Source: a virus
IMG/VR virus record: IMGVR_UViG_3300027797_000003
DNA length: 38,390 bases
Direction: 5' to 3' (one strand)
A model generated the notes under the pieces. That model searched no databases, had not been told where the DNA came from, and saw only the letters and a program-made list of their open reading frames with translations. The number at the start of each line of letters is the position of its first letter. The first letter of the stretch is position 1. The position numbers and the translations under genes were made by a program. Below, piece after piece: positions 17,599 through 24,146 of this stretch.

Positions 17599-19092
17599 CT
17601 ATTTGTTCCTTCTTGTACCAGCCGCAACAGTGGCTGCCCCAGCAGCAACTGCTATAAGGGTTCTACGAGTATCCACAGGAACAGTAGACCCCAACGGAAC
17701 ATAATCACCTAAACCATCATCAAACACATTTATCGTTTCCTCAAACGCATTTCTTACCTGCGTAGGAGCATCCTGAACTGCATCAACCAAAGCATCCAAC
17801 TGGGTGTTATCTAATACGGTTACATCCAAGGTTTCAAAAATTTCTGTTGCCTGTTCAGCAGTTACTACAGCCAGAACTTCAGTGTTAGATGCTAATGATA
17901 CTGCTTGGTCGGCTGTTACAGCCGTACCAAGAATCTGTTCAATCAAAGCAACCGCCTCAACCTCGGTCAAATCTTCTATAGAATCAACCACAGTGTCAAA
18001 CTGTTCATCAGTTAAAGATATATCACCATCACCAGCGTCCTCCAAGGCTTGGACAAGTTCAAGTGGCAATTCCTCAAAGATTGCTGGCGGAAGCAACACA
18101 GGCAGTTCTGGTGCGTCTGGGAAGATATCTGGAGGTAGTGGCATCATGTCGGGGGGTTCTGGCATAGTGTCAGGTGGCTCAAGTAACTGACCAACAAATG
18201 GTAGTGTATCAAATGTCTCAATAGTAGGGTAAGTGTCAGGAGGTAGTTCTAATGTTTCTGGTGGATATGTTTCAATCTCTGGTAGTACGAGGGGTGGTAC
18301 CTCTGGCATGGTTGGTGGCTCTATTTGTGGTAGAGGAACCGTTGCTGGCGGGTCTGGTATTGTCGGCTCTGGTTGGGGTATGTAAATTATTTGAGGTATC
18401 GTAATAGTTGGTGGGTTTGTTACAGTCACAGTCCCATAGGGTGCAATAGTAGTAGTGGTTGTCGTTGATGTCGTGGTAGTCGTGGATGTTGTGGTAGATT
18501 CCCATGATGTTGTTGTTTCCTGAACTGTAGTTGTGGTGGATGGCAAAGTTGTTGTAGTAGTAGTTGTGGGACTAGCAGTTGTTGTAAACGCCTCATCAGG
18601 AACCATAGTCCATCCCTGATTGTTGATATTCCAAGCAAGCATTACGCATGTTGACCCGCCATCTTCGTACATCCAAACATCCAAAGGATGGCTGTCTGCA
18701 CTAATGTCTATCGGACCTGATGACATCCATGTGCAATGCTGATAATTCCAGTTACCCCACTCATTACCATTAATATTGATTATGCCACCGTCATCTGTTG
18801 CATACATAAACTCAATCGTATTATGTTCAGGGATTTCTATAAACCCCGTCATATGCACCATAAAATAGTCAACAGTGCAGTCCTCAAACGGTTCACCGTT
18901 GTAAGAACGGTTAATGTTGTTTTCTACTTCACTACCGCACTCGGTATAGATGTCATCTGACCGTGTAGGAGGTACTTCGTCAATTGTGTAGTAAGTAGTT
19001 TGTAGCCCTGCTATTGGTTCAGCGTGGACAGTTGGGGTAAACAGTGCAAGTATTGCTACTGGCGCAAATATCAGCCAACGGGAATAACGCAT
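17599..19092 (-). CDS. Secreted, C-terminally anchored PA14-domain protein with Thr-rich and Pro-rich linkers, 497 aa
   Basis: Signal-like N-terminus MRYSRWLIFAPVAILALFTPTVHA|EP. PA14-like pattern GLQTTYY...DYFMVHMTGFIEIPEHNTIEFMYATDDGGIININGNEW. Poly-Thr tract, P/E-rich repeats, an acidic region, and a terminal hydrophobic helix plus TRRNK. Confidence 0.65.
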   Translation of the reverse strand: MRYSRWLIFAPVAILALFTPTVHAEPIAGLQTTYYTIDEVPPTRSDDIYTECGSEVENNINRSYNGEPFEDCTVDYFMVHMTGFIEIPEHNTIEFMYATDDGGIININGNEWGNWNYQHCTWMSSGPIDISADSHPLDVWMYEDGGSTCVMLAWNINNQGWTMVPDEAFTTTASPTTTTTTTLPSTTTTVQETTTSWESTTTSTTTTTSTTTTTTIAPYGTVTVTNPPTITIPQIIYIPQPEPTIPDPPATVPLPQIEPPTMPEVPPLVLPEIETYPPETLELPPDTYPTIETFDTLPFVGQLLEPPDTMPEPPDMMPLPPDIFPDAPELPVLLPPAIFEELPLELVQALEDAGDGDISLTDEQFDTVVDSIEDLTEVEAVALIEQILGTAVTADQAVSLASNTEVLAVVTAEQATEIFETLDVTVLDNTQLDALVDAVQDAPTQVRNAFEETINVFDDGLGDYVPLGSTVPVDTRRTLIAVAAGAATVAAGTRRNK

Positions 19093-20004
19093 CTAAAATG
19101 TTATTGTGCCAGAACCAGTAAAAGTATAAACATGATACCCTGCACGACTTGATGAACTGTATGTTGGCGAACCTGTAGTAGCCAACGCTTCATCAAAAGC
19201 ATTTGTGTAAGCAATAATAACTACGCCTGAACCACCACTACCCGAAGTGGCTGCGTTGTCGGATGAGGCACCACCACCCGAACCTGTGTTGGCTGTAGCG
19301 TCAGTACTAGACCCACCAGCAGTTGCACCGCCACCGCCACCTGCGCCGTTGCCGACTCCAGAAAAACCACCGCCACCACCGCCACCTGCTCTAGATGTAT
19401 TCGTGCCGTTAATGCTGCTATTAGTGCTTGTTCCTCCAGCAGCACCTACACCTGTTTGAGCATTTGTTCCAACACTTGACGAACCACCACCACCTGAAGC
19501 CACATTGGTTGCATTGGCGGCAGGTGTGGAACCACCATCAAAACCTTGTCCACTTGTAGCAGCACCACCAGCACGCAACACACCTGACGAAGCACCTGCG
19601 CCACCACCCGAACCGCCTGCACCACCGTTTGTGTTGTTGTTGGCACCAAATCCGCCACCATTTGAGGTTATGGAACTGAACACAGAGTTACTGCCAACGG
19701 TACCGTCAGAACCTAAGCCTGTGCTTTTTGCACCGCCAGCACCAACGGTAACAGTTAATGCTGTTCCAGATGCAACAGCAAAAGATGCACTAGTAAGATA
19801 TCCACCCGCTCCACCACCACCGCCACAGCCACCTCCACCGCCTCCACCGCCAGCAATAACTAGATATTCAACAGTTGGTGTTGGATTACTTGCAGCAGCA
19901 GACCAGTATGTTGCAACCTGACCAGTGTTATTGCGTTGACGCTTCGGTTGTTTCCAAGAAGCAACCGAAGTACCACCAGAAACGTTTCTTAAAAAAGAAG
20001 GCAT
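19093..20004 (-). CDS. Glycine-rich fibre-like protein, 303 aa (paralog of 20364..21299)
   Basis: Shares the MPSF..N.SGG N-terminus, the YLV(I/V)AGGGGGG core and the C-terminal ATTGSP(T/S)Y...GYH(V/I)YT..G(S/T)G(T/S)IT with the other copy. Confidence 0.6.
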   Translation of the reverse strand: MPSFLRNVSGGTSVASWKQPKRQRNNTGQVATYWSAAASNPTPTVEYLVIAGGGGGGGGCGGGGGAGGYLTSASFAVASGTALTVTVGAGGAKSTGLGSDGTVGSNSVFSSITSNGGGFGANNNTNGGAGGSGGGAGASSGVLRAGGAATSGQGFDGGSTPAANATNVASGGGGSSSVGTNAQTGVGAAGGTSTNSSINGTNTSRAGGGGGGGFSGVGNGAGGGGGATAGGSSTDATANTGSGGGASSDNAATSGSGGSGVVIIAYTNAFDEALATTGSPTYSSSSRAGYHVYTFTGSGTITF

Positions 20005-20007
20005 GAT

Positions 20008-20364
20008 TTAACCTTCCAAAGTGGGAAAAGCAATCCAAGACAATGATTCTTCATCCCAAACAAAATTGCCTTCAGGTTTCGGTGTTGGTGGCTGCCAATC
20101 ATTATTGGCATCCAGCAACCAAGAAGGATAAGGTTGCAATGCCACAAACTGGTCTTTTACAGAATCGTAAGCAAAACCTACACCTGCATACTGTTTGCGA
20201 AAATTGTTGTTGTAAGAAGTTTGTACCCATTCGCCACCCAACAAACCATGACAAAAATCTTTACCCTTCTGTTCGCTTTCTACACCATCAATCAAAAGTT
20301 CATTGTTGTGAACAACAATAACATTAGTGACAATTCCATCTGTAATTTTTGCAAAGTGTGCCAT
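20008..20364 (-). CDS. Hypothetical protein, 118 aa
   Basis: Start moved to the ATG at 20364 (TAATG overlap with the upstream stop). Sequence begins MAHFAKITDGIVTNVIVVHNN. Confidence 0.6.
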   Translation of the reverse strand: MAHFAKITDGIVTNVIVVHNNELLIDGVESEQKGKDFCHGLLGGEWVQTSYNNNFRKQYAGVGFAYDSVKDQFVALQPYPSWLLDANNDWQPPTPKPEGNFVWDEESLSWIAFPTLEG

Positions 20365-21299
20365 TAGACCGTAATACTCCCTGTTCCTATCCAAGTATAA
20401 ATATGATAACCACCAGTTTTGTTATAACTAGGTGAACCTGTTGTTGCTGTAGCAACATCAAACGAATCAGCATAACGGACAATAACTATGCCTTGATAAC
20501 CTGCTTGACCTGTTCCATATAAACCACCACCACCACCGCCACCGTAGTAGGTTGATACGCCACCGTTGTTAACTGTTCCACCGTTTCCACCCCCACCGAC
20601 TCCACCAGATGCGTCACCAACGGAGTTATTGCCACCGCCACCACCACCAGAATATGCGGTTGATGAACCAGTTATAGACGAATAATGTCCTGTGCCACCA
20701 GTTGAGTTAGAAGTACTATCTGTTGCTGCTGCTCCTGCACCTCCACCACCACAAGCCTTTGCACTTCCACCACCATAATTGCCACCTCTAAAACCCTGAG
20801 TCGGTGAAGATAATGTTCCACCGTTTCCACCACGATTACCACCACCAGATGAACCACCAACAGAGCCATCCCTAGCAGTCGCATCGCCATAAGCACCACC
20901 ACCGCCACCAGTAGCAGTTATGGAACCAAGAACAGAGGCAAGACCATTACCACCATTTACTGTGCCACCTCCGCCAACGGTTACGGTGACAGCAACACCA
21001 GCGGTCACAGTTAAAACAGATTCTGCTGCTCCATTACCACCAGTAGTTTCACCAATAACAGAAGAACGGTAGCCACCACCGCCACCGCCGCCAGCAGGAT
21101 AACTAGCGTTTACTGCGCCTTGACCCCCGCCGCCACCACCAGCAACAACAAGATACTGAAAGTTCGGTGTAGGTGCAGAAGAAACCCCACCAGCCCAATA
21201 ATCGTTAACTTGATTAGTGTTGCCACGCCGTGAGCGTGGCGCAAGTGCGCCACCGCCAATGACCTTTCCTCCAGATGTATTTTTAACAAAAGAAGGCAC
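20364..21299 (-). CDS. Glycine-rich fibre-like protein, 311 aa
   Basis: GTG start; long poly-Gly/Gly-Ser/Thr body; paralog of 19093..20004. Confidence 0.6.
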   Translation of the reverse strand: MPSFVKNTSGGKVIGGGALAPRSRRGNTNQVNDYWAGGVSSAPTPNFQYLVVAGGGGGGQGAVNASYPAGGGGGGGYRSSVIGETTGGNGAAESVLTVTAGVAVTVTVGGGGTVNGGNGLASVLGSITATGGGGGAYGDATARDGSVGGSSGGGNRGGNGGTLSSPTQGFRGGNYGGGSAKACGGGGAGAAATDSTSNSTGGTGHYSSITGSSTAYSGGGGGGNNSVGDASGGVGGGGNGGTVNNGGVSTYYGGGGGGGLYGTGQAGYQGIVIVRYADSFDVATATTGSPSYNKTGGYHIYTWIGTGSITV

Positions 21300-21309
21300 T
21301 TAGCCAACC

Positions 21310-21678
21310 TTACGCAGTAATGCGGTTAACGTACCCGTAAACAACAATACTAGTGTTAGTTGCGGCATAAGCCGTAATAACCTTAGGGGTAGCATTACCC
21401 TGAAGAATAAGACCTGGAACTACTAGATACAAACCGTTTTCAGCCTTAACAGTATATTCAATTTCGTTTGTACCAGCAGTTACACCACCATACTGAATGG
21501 TAAGTTTGCGGTCAGTCGTATCATAGTTGACTGCATACAACCAAACTTCATCAATTGTTGCAGGAGTACTAGAACCTGTGTGAATAGTTGGACCAGCGAC
21601 ACCAGACGAACCAGAGTTAATCAATAACCCCAAACCGTTTGCTGTACCGCTTAATGCTAGTTTAGTAAAAGTTGCCAT
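21310..21678 (-). CDS. Hypothetical beta-rich protein, 122 aa
   Basis: ORF track. Preceded by TAGGGAAC and a GAAGGAAC SD-like element. Confidence 0.6.
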   Translation of the reverse strand: MATFTKLALSGTANGLGLLINSGSSGVAGPTIHTGSSTPATIDEVWLYAVNYDTTDRKLTIQYGGVTAGTNEIEYTVKAENGLYLVVPGLILQGNATPKVITAYAATNTSIVVYGYVNRITA

Positions 21679-21693
21679 ATACTATGTTCCTTC

Positions 21694-21701
21694 GTTCCCT
21701 A
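21694..21701 (-). promoter_or_regulatory. TAGGGAAC junction octamer (copy a)
   Basis: Plus strand reads gttcccta. The TAG is the stop of 21699..22016; the next start (21678) is 15 nt downstream. Confidence 0.5.
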
Positions 21702-22016
21702 ATTAATAAAAATCTGTTGCTCAACCGTATCTGTACGGTTAAATACTTCCAACTCCAACCACTCATCAGGGTCATTGTAATCAAAGTTTAATGTGTCAAA
21801 CTCCAACGGATAAACCCGTACAAAGTAATCGTTTGCCAAATCGCCACGAGTTGCACCTGTAGCACCTGCTGCTACATAAAAATCATACTCTAGAGTCCCA
21901 CGATACTGCAAACCCTTTTCAGACCAAAACGCATACAACAAGTCACCCAAAGTTTGACCCGTTGACGGATACGCCACGGATAGAGCCTCATACATGGCAT
22001 CATTAGTTGTAGTCAT
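21699..22016 (-). CDS. Hypothetical acidic protein, 105 aa
   Basis: ORF track; TAATG coupling to the upstream gene. Confidence 0.6.
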   Translation of the reverse strand: MTTTNDAMYEALSVAYPSTGQTLGDLLYAFWSEKGLQYRGTLEYDFYVAAGATGATRGDLANDYFVRVYPLEFDTLNFDYNDPDEWLELEVFNRTDTVEQQIFIN

Positions 22017-22453
22017 TATCTGTCCTTGCTAACCTTAGTATCCAAACGAAACCTCTGCTCTGATGCTGCGCTAGCGGCAATCAACTCAGTCAACTCACTA
22101 TCAGACAACTCACTGGCTTTGCCGCTATGTTCAACCTGAAGTTGAACGGGAGCCAAACGACCAGTAGCCTGCAAATACAACTTAGCCGAATTGTTATCCC
22201 CCTCAAGAGCACGCTGGAACAGGTTGTCCAGCAACTGTTGTGTTCTTTCGGGTGATTGCTGTTGTTCTGTTACTCTTCGTTCCCACTCGGATTTAAATAT
22301 AGGTTTCTTTTTCCAACGCCTGAGCGTTGTTTCGTCTATAGATTCTTGTTTGGCATACTGGTTTTGACTGGATGGTATCCGACCTACTGATGGGGTACAC
22401 AACCAGTTTAAAAACTTTTCTTGCCGTTCATCCAAGTTAGAGTTTTCTGACAT
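22016..22453 (-). CDS. Terminase small subunit-like / HTH DNA-binding protein, 145 aa
   Basis: First gene of the leftward arm. N-terminal HTH-like segment (SQNQYAKQESIDETTLRRWKKK) and a helical C-terminus. The call rests on position and architecture only. Confidence 0.45.
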   Translation of the reverse strand: MSENSNLDERQEKFLNWLCTPSVGRIPSSQNQYAKQESIDETTLRRWKKKPIFKSEWERRVTEQQQSPERTQQLLDNLFQRALEGDNNSAKLYLQATGRLAPVQLQVEHSGKASELSDSELTELIAASAASEQRFRLDTKVSKDR

Positions 22454-22470
22454 TCTATAGAAGCGGTACT

Positions 22471-22478
22471 GTTCCCTA
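22471..22478 (-). promoter_or_regulatory. TAGGGAAC octamer (copy c), 17 nt upstream of the first leftward gene
   Basis: Plus strand reads gttcccta. No upstream gene here, so the TAG is not a stop codon. Confidence 0.5.
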
Positions 22479-22493
22479 GGGGGACTAGGGGGA
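22476..22493. repeat. Perfect tandem duplication CTAGGGGGA x2
   Basis: ctaggggga at 22476-22484 and again at 22485-22493. Confidence 0.9.
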
Positions 22494-22494
22494 A

Positions 22495-22534
22495 TGTTAC
22501 AGTTGTGTTAATTCTTTGTTACATTTGTGTTACA
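22495..22534. promoter_or_regulatory. Three TGTTACA sites (near-palindromic TGT-N-ACA) at 22495, 22517 and 22528; operator candidates
   Basis: Start-to-start spacing of 22 and 11 bp (helical phasing) inside the divergent intergenic region. Confidence 0.5.
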
Positions 22535-22552
22535 GTTTGAGTGTTTTGTTGT

Positions 22553-22576
22553 GGGTGTTGGGTTTCACAAAAATGG
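22553..22576 (+). promoter_or_regulatory. Degenerate relative of the 22-bp rightward motif
   Basis: GGGTGTTGGGTTTCACAAAAATGG compared with GGGTGTGAGCGTCAAAGATAGG. Only a partial match with an apparent 2-nt insertion. Confidence 0.2.
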
Positions 22577-22579
22577 TCG

Positions 22580-22587
22580 TAGGGAAC
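22580..22587 (+). promoter_or_regulatory. TAGGGAAC octamer (copy g), plus-strand orientation
   Basis: gtcgTAGGGAACaggg in the divergent region, facing the early genes. Confidence 0.4.
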
Positions 22588-22641
22588 AGGGTGTTTTGAG
22601 TATGGGGGGTCAGGGGGGACTCAACCTGTTGGTTTCGTCCC

Positions 22642-22669
22642 GTTAACGCCAGTGCAACGGGGCGTTAAC
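22642..22669 (+). promoter_or_regulatory. 9-bp inverted repeat gttaacgcc / ggcgttaac with 10-nt loop (operator or hairpin)
   Basis: Read directly. Each arm contains the palindrome GTTAAC. It sits just upstream of the AT-rich -10-like region. Confidence 0.45.
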
Positions 22670-22689
22670 CGAGATATTCTATTATACAA

Positions 22690-22695
22690 TATAAT
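22690..22695 (+). promoter_or_regulatory. Consensus -10 hexamer TATAAT (rightward early promoter candidate)
   Basis: tataat within AT-rich gagatattctattatacaatataatac. Only weak -35 candidates (TTAACC at a 19-nt spacing). Confidence 0.35.
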
Positions 22696-22731
22696 ACACT
22701 GGAATGTGTTTAGCGTGGACAAGGATGGGTT

Positions 22732-22857
22732 ATGGAAGTGTTGAGAACAACCGTTGTAGTAGTAGGGTCAGTTTCTTTGACCTTGACAGTACTTGGTCTA
22801 CTTATCAGGATACTGTTTAACGCTGTTGATGATTGGACACATAATGAGTTTGACTGA
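22732..22857 (+). CDS. Possible 41-aa single-pass membrane peptide
   Basis: ATG after AAGGA. Sequence MEVLRTTVVVVGSVSLTLTVLGLLIRILFNAVDDWTHNEFD. Overlaps the next small ORF by ATGAGTTTGACTGA. Confidence 0.35.
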   Translation: MEVLRTTVVVVGSVSLTLTVLGLLIRILFNAVDDWTHNEFD

Positions 22858-22909
22858 TGAAGAGATGGTTTTGTTAAAACTGTTGAAGAAACCGAAACCA
22901 AAGAAGTAA
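22844..22909 (+). CDS. Possible 21-aa peptide
   Basis: MSLTDEEMVLLKLLKKPKPKK. Its stop TAA overlaps the ATG of 22909 (TAATG). Confidence 0.25.
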   Translation: MSLTDEEMVLLKLLKKPKPKK

Positions 22910-23304
22910 TGGGTTACACTAAGCCAGAGTTGCGTGCAAGGATTGTGTCAGCCGTTAAGGCTGGCACTGCTGGTGGTAACGCTGGGCAGTGGTCTGCCCG
23001 TAAAGCCCAAATAGTAGCGCAACGCTACAAGAAGGCTGGAGGTGGGTACAGTGGACCCAAGACCAGTAAACAGCAATCGTTAAGTAAGTGGACATCTGAG
23101 AAGTGGACTACCAAATCTGGTAAACCATCCACACAGGGACCTAAGGCTACAGGTGAACGATATTTGCCTAAGAAGGCTGTGGCGGCTTTGTCTCCTAAGG
23201 AGTATGCTAAGACTAGTGCTGCTAAGCGTAAGGGTACTAAGGCTGGTAAACAGTTTGTTAAGCAACCTAAAGATATTGCTAAGAAAACTAAAGGTTATAG
23301 ATAA
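22909..23304 (+). CDS. Small Lys-rich basic protein, 131 aa
   Basis: ORF track; K/A/G/T-rich with a GERYLPKKAVAALSPKEY core. Confidence 0.7.
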   Translation: MGYTKPELRARIVSAVKAGTAGGNAGQWSARKAQIVAQRYKKAGGGYSGPKTSKQQSLSKWTSEKWTTKSGKPSTQGPKATGERYLPKKAVAALSPKEYAKTSAAKRKGTKAGKQFVKQPKDIAKKTKGYR

Positions 23305-23567
23305 TGGCTAAGACGGCAGCGTGGACAAGAAAAGAAGGCAAGAACCCTAAGGGCGGTTTAAACGCTAAGGGTCGTGCATCTTACAAGGCTCAAACAGGTG
23401 GTACATTGAAACCACCTGTCTCTGCTAAGGCTGCAAAGAAATCACCTAAGAAAGCGGCACGGCGTAAATCGTTCTGTGCAAGAATGGGCGGCATGAAAGG
23501 ACCTATGAAGGACTCCAAAGGTCGCCCAACTCGCAAAGCATTGGCTTTGCGTAAATGGGACTGTTAG
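23304..23567 (+). CDS. Small Lys/Arg-rich basic protein, 87 aa
   Basis: TAATG coupling. Motifs KEGKNPKGGLNAKGR and SFCARMGGMKGPM...LRKWDC. Confidence 0.7.
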   Translation: MAKTAAWTRKEGKNPKGGLNAKGRASYKAQTGGTLKPPVSAKAAKKSPKKAARRKSFCARMGGMKGPMKDSKGRPTRKALALRKWDC

Positions 23568-23589
23568 TTATATAAAAGATTATATAAAA
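23568..23589. repeat. Direct repeat TTATATAAAA x2 (12-bp period)
   Basis: ttatataaaa at 23568-23577 and 23580-23589, immediately after the 23567 stop. Confidence 0.85.
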
Positions 23590-23895
23590 TAAGGGTCCCC
23601 CACAATTAGACCCCCACCCCATGTGACCAAGGTCATAGCATGGACAAGTCGTATAACCCCCCAAAACTAGTACCCCTCTCTGGCTCTAATGCAATAGAGT
23701 ACCAGACGGAGCGTGCCGTAGCCCCCCCCATGCCCCCCCACCCGCATTAGGGTCGTGAATAGTGTCACAATCGTGCGGGAACACGGGCATCCGTGCGCCC
23801 ACATGACCTTCCCAACCAAAAACGGTGCGCTAATCGCAGGCAGGCGGACCCGTGCGAAGCAGACCATTTTTCCAGTGTTCTATATGTGCGGGGGC

Positions 23896-23917
23896 GGGTG
23901 TGAGCGTCAAAGATAGG
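23896..23917 (+). promoter_or_regulatory. 22-bp rightward motif, copy 1
   Basis: GGGTGTGAGCGTCAAAGATAGG. Confidence 0.6.
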
Positions 23918-23971
23918 AGGCAACTGTTCGGCAATGCCACACAGTCACTAACGCTTACGGTGTGTGTGGCT

Positions 23972-23993
23972 GGGTGTGCATGTCAAAGAGTTG
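23972..23993 (+). promoter_or_regulatory. 22-bp rightward motif, copy 2
   Basis: GGGTGTGCATGTCAAAGAGTTG; 76 bp after copy 1. Followed by a 12-bp stem hairpin at 23996-24022 with two G-U pairs. Confidence 0.6.
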
Positions 23994-24043
23994 TTGTGTC
24001 GTTCGGCGTTGCCGAGTGACACGGTGTTCATGCCTGCGTTGGT

Positions 24044-24065
24044 GGGTGTGAGCGTCAAAGAGGTA
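24044..24065 (+). promoter_or_regulatory. 22-bp rightward motif, copy 3
   Basis: GGGTGTGAGCGTCAAAGAGGTA; 72 bp after copy 2 and 81 nt before the ATG at 24147. Confidence 0.6.
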
Positions 24066-24146
24066 GAGTGGTGGTTGCAACATGGTGTTGTGACATTAGG
24101 TGTTCGTGAACGAACAGCCACGCAAGTGATAGTCTGGGAGGACATC

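Noticed and set aside
17599-19092. PA14 protein as a unimolecular spanin (N-terminal outer-membrane anchor plus C-terminal TMD, as in T1 gp11).
   Set aside because: There is no lipobox Cys after the signal sequence. The protein is several-fold larger than known u-spanins and contains a carbohydrate-binding-type domain.
61-21307. Many tracked plus-strand ORFs inside the leftward arm (for example 61..426, 369..743, 1704..2018, 2897..3358, 5990..6499, 9493..9873, 10084..10494, 19505..19921) and short alternate-frame minus ORFs.
   Set aside because: They lie antisense to, or out of frame with, long contiguous minus-strand genes. The plus strand here is A/C-rich and poor in T/G, so stop codons are rare by composition alone. 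Their products are low-complexity (S/T/N/L/I-rich or P/A-rich). They also lack SD sequences and the stop/start coupling seen for the real genes.
7764-22587. TAGGGAAC as a sigma-54 (-24 GG / -12 GC) element or as a Shine-Dalgarno sequence.
   Set aside because: The spacing of GG to any downstream TTGC-like element does not fit the -24/-12 geometry. The distance to the start codons (12-17 nt or more than 50 nt) is too long for an SD, and the match to GGAGG is poor.
23597-23743. G-quadruplex on the minus strand formed by the C-tracts.
   Set aside because: The tracts are separated by loops of roughly 10-45 nt, which is far longer than in stable intramolecular quadruplexes. The rut-like, ncRNA or origin readings are simpler.
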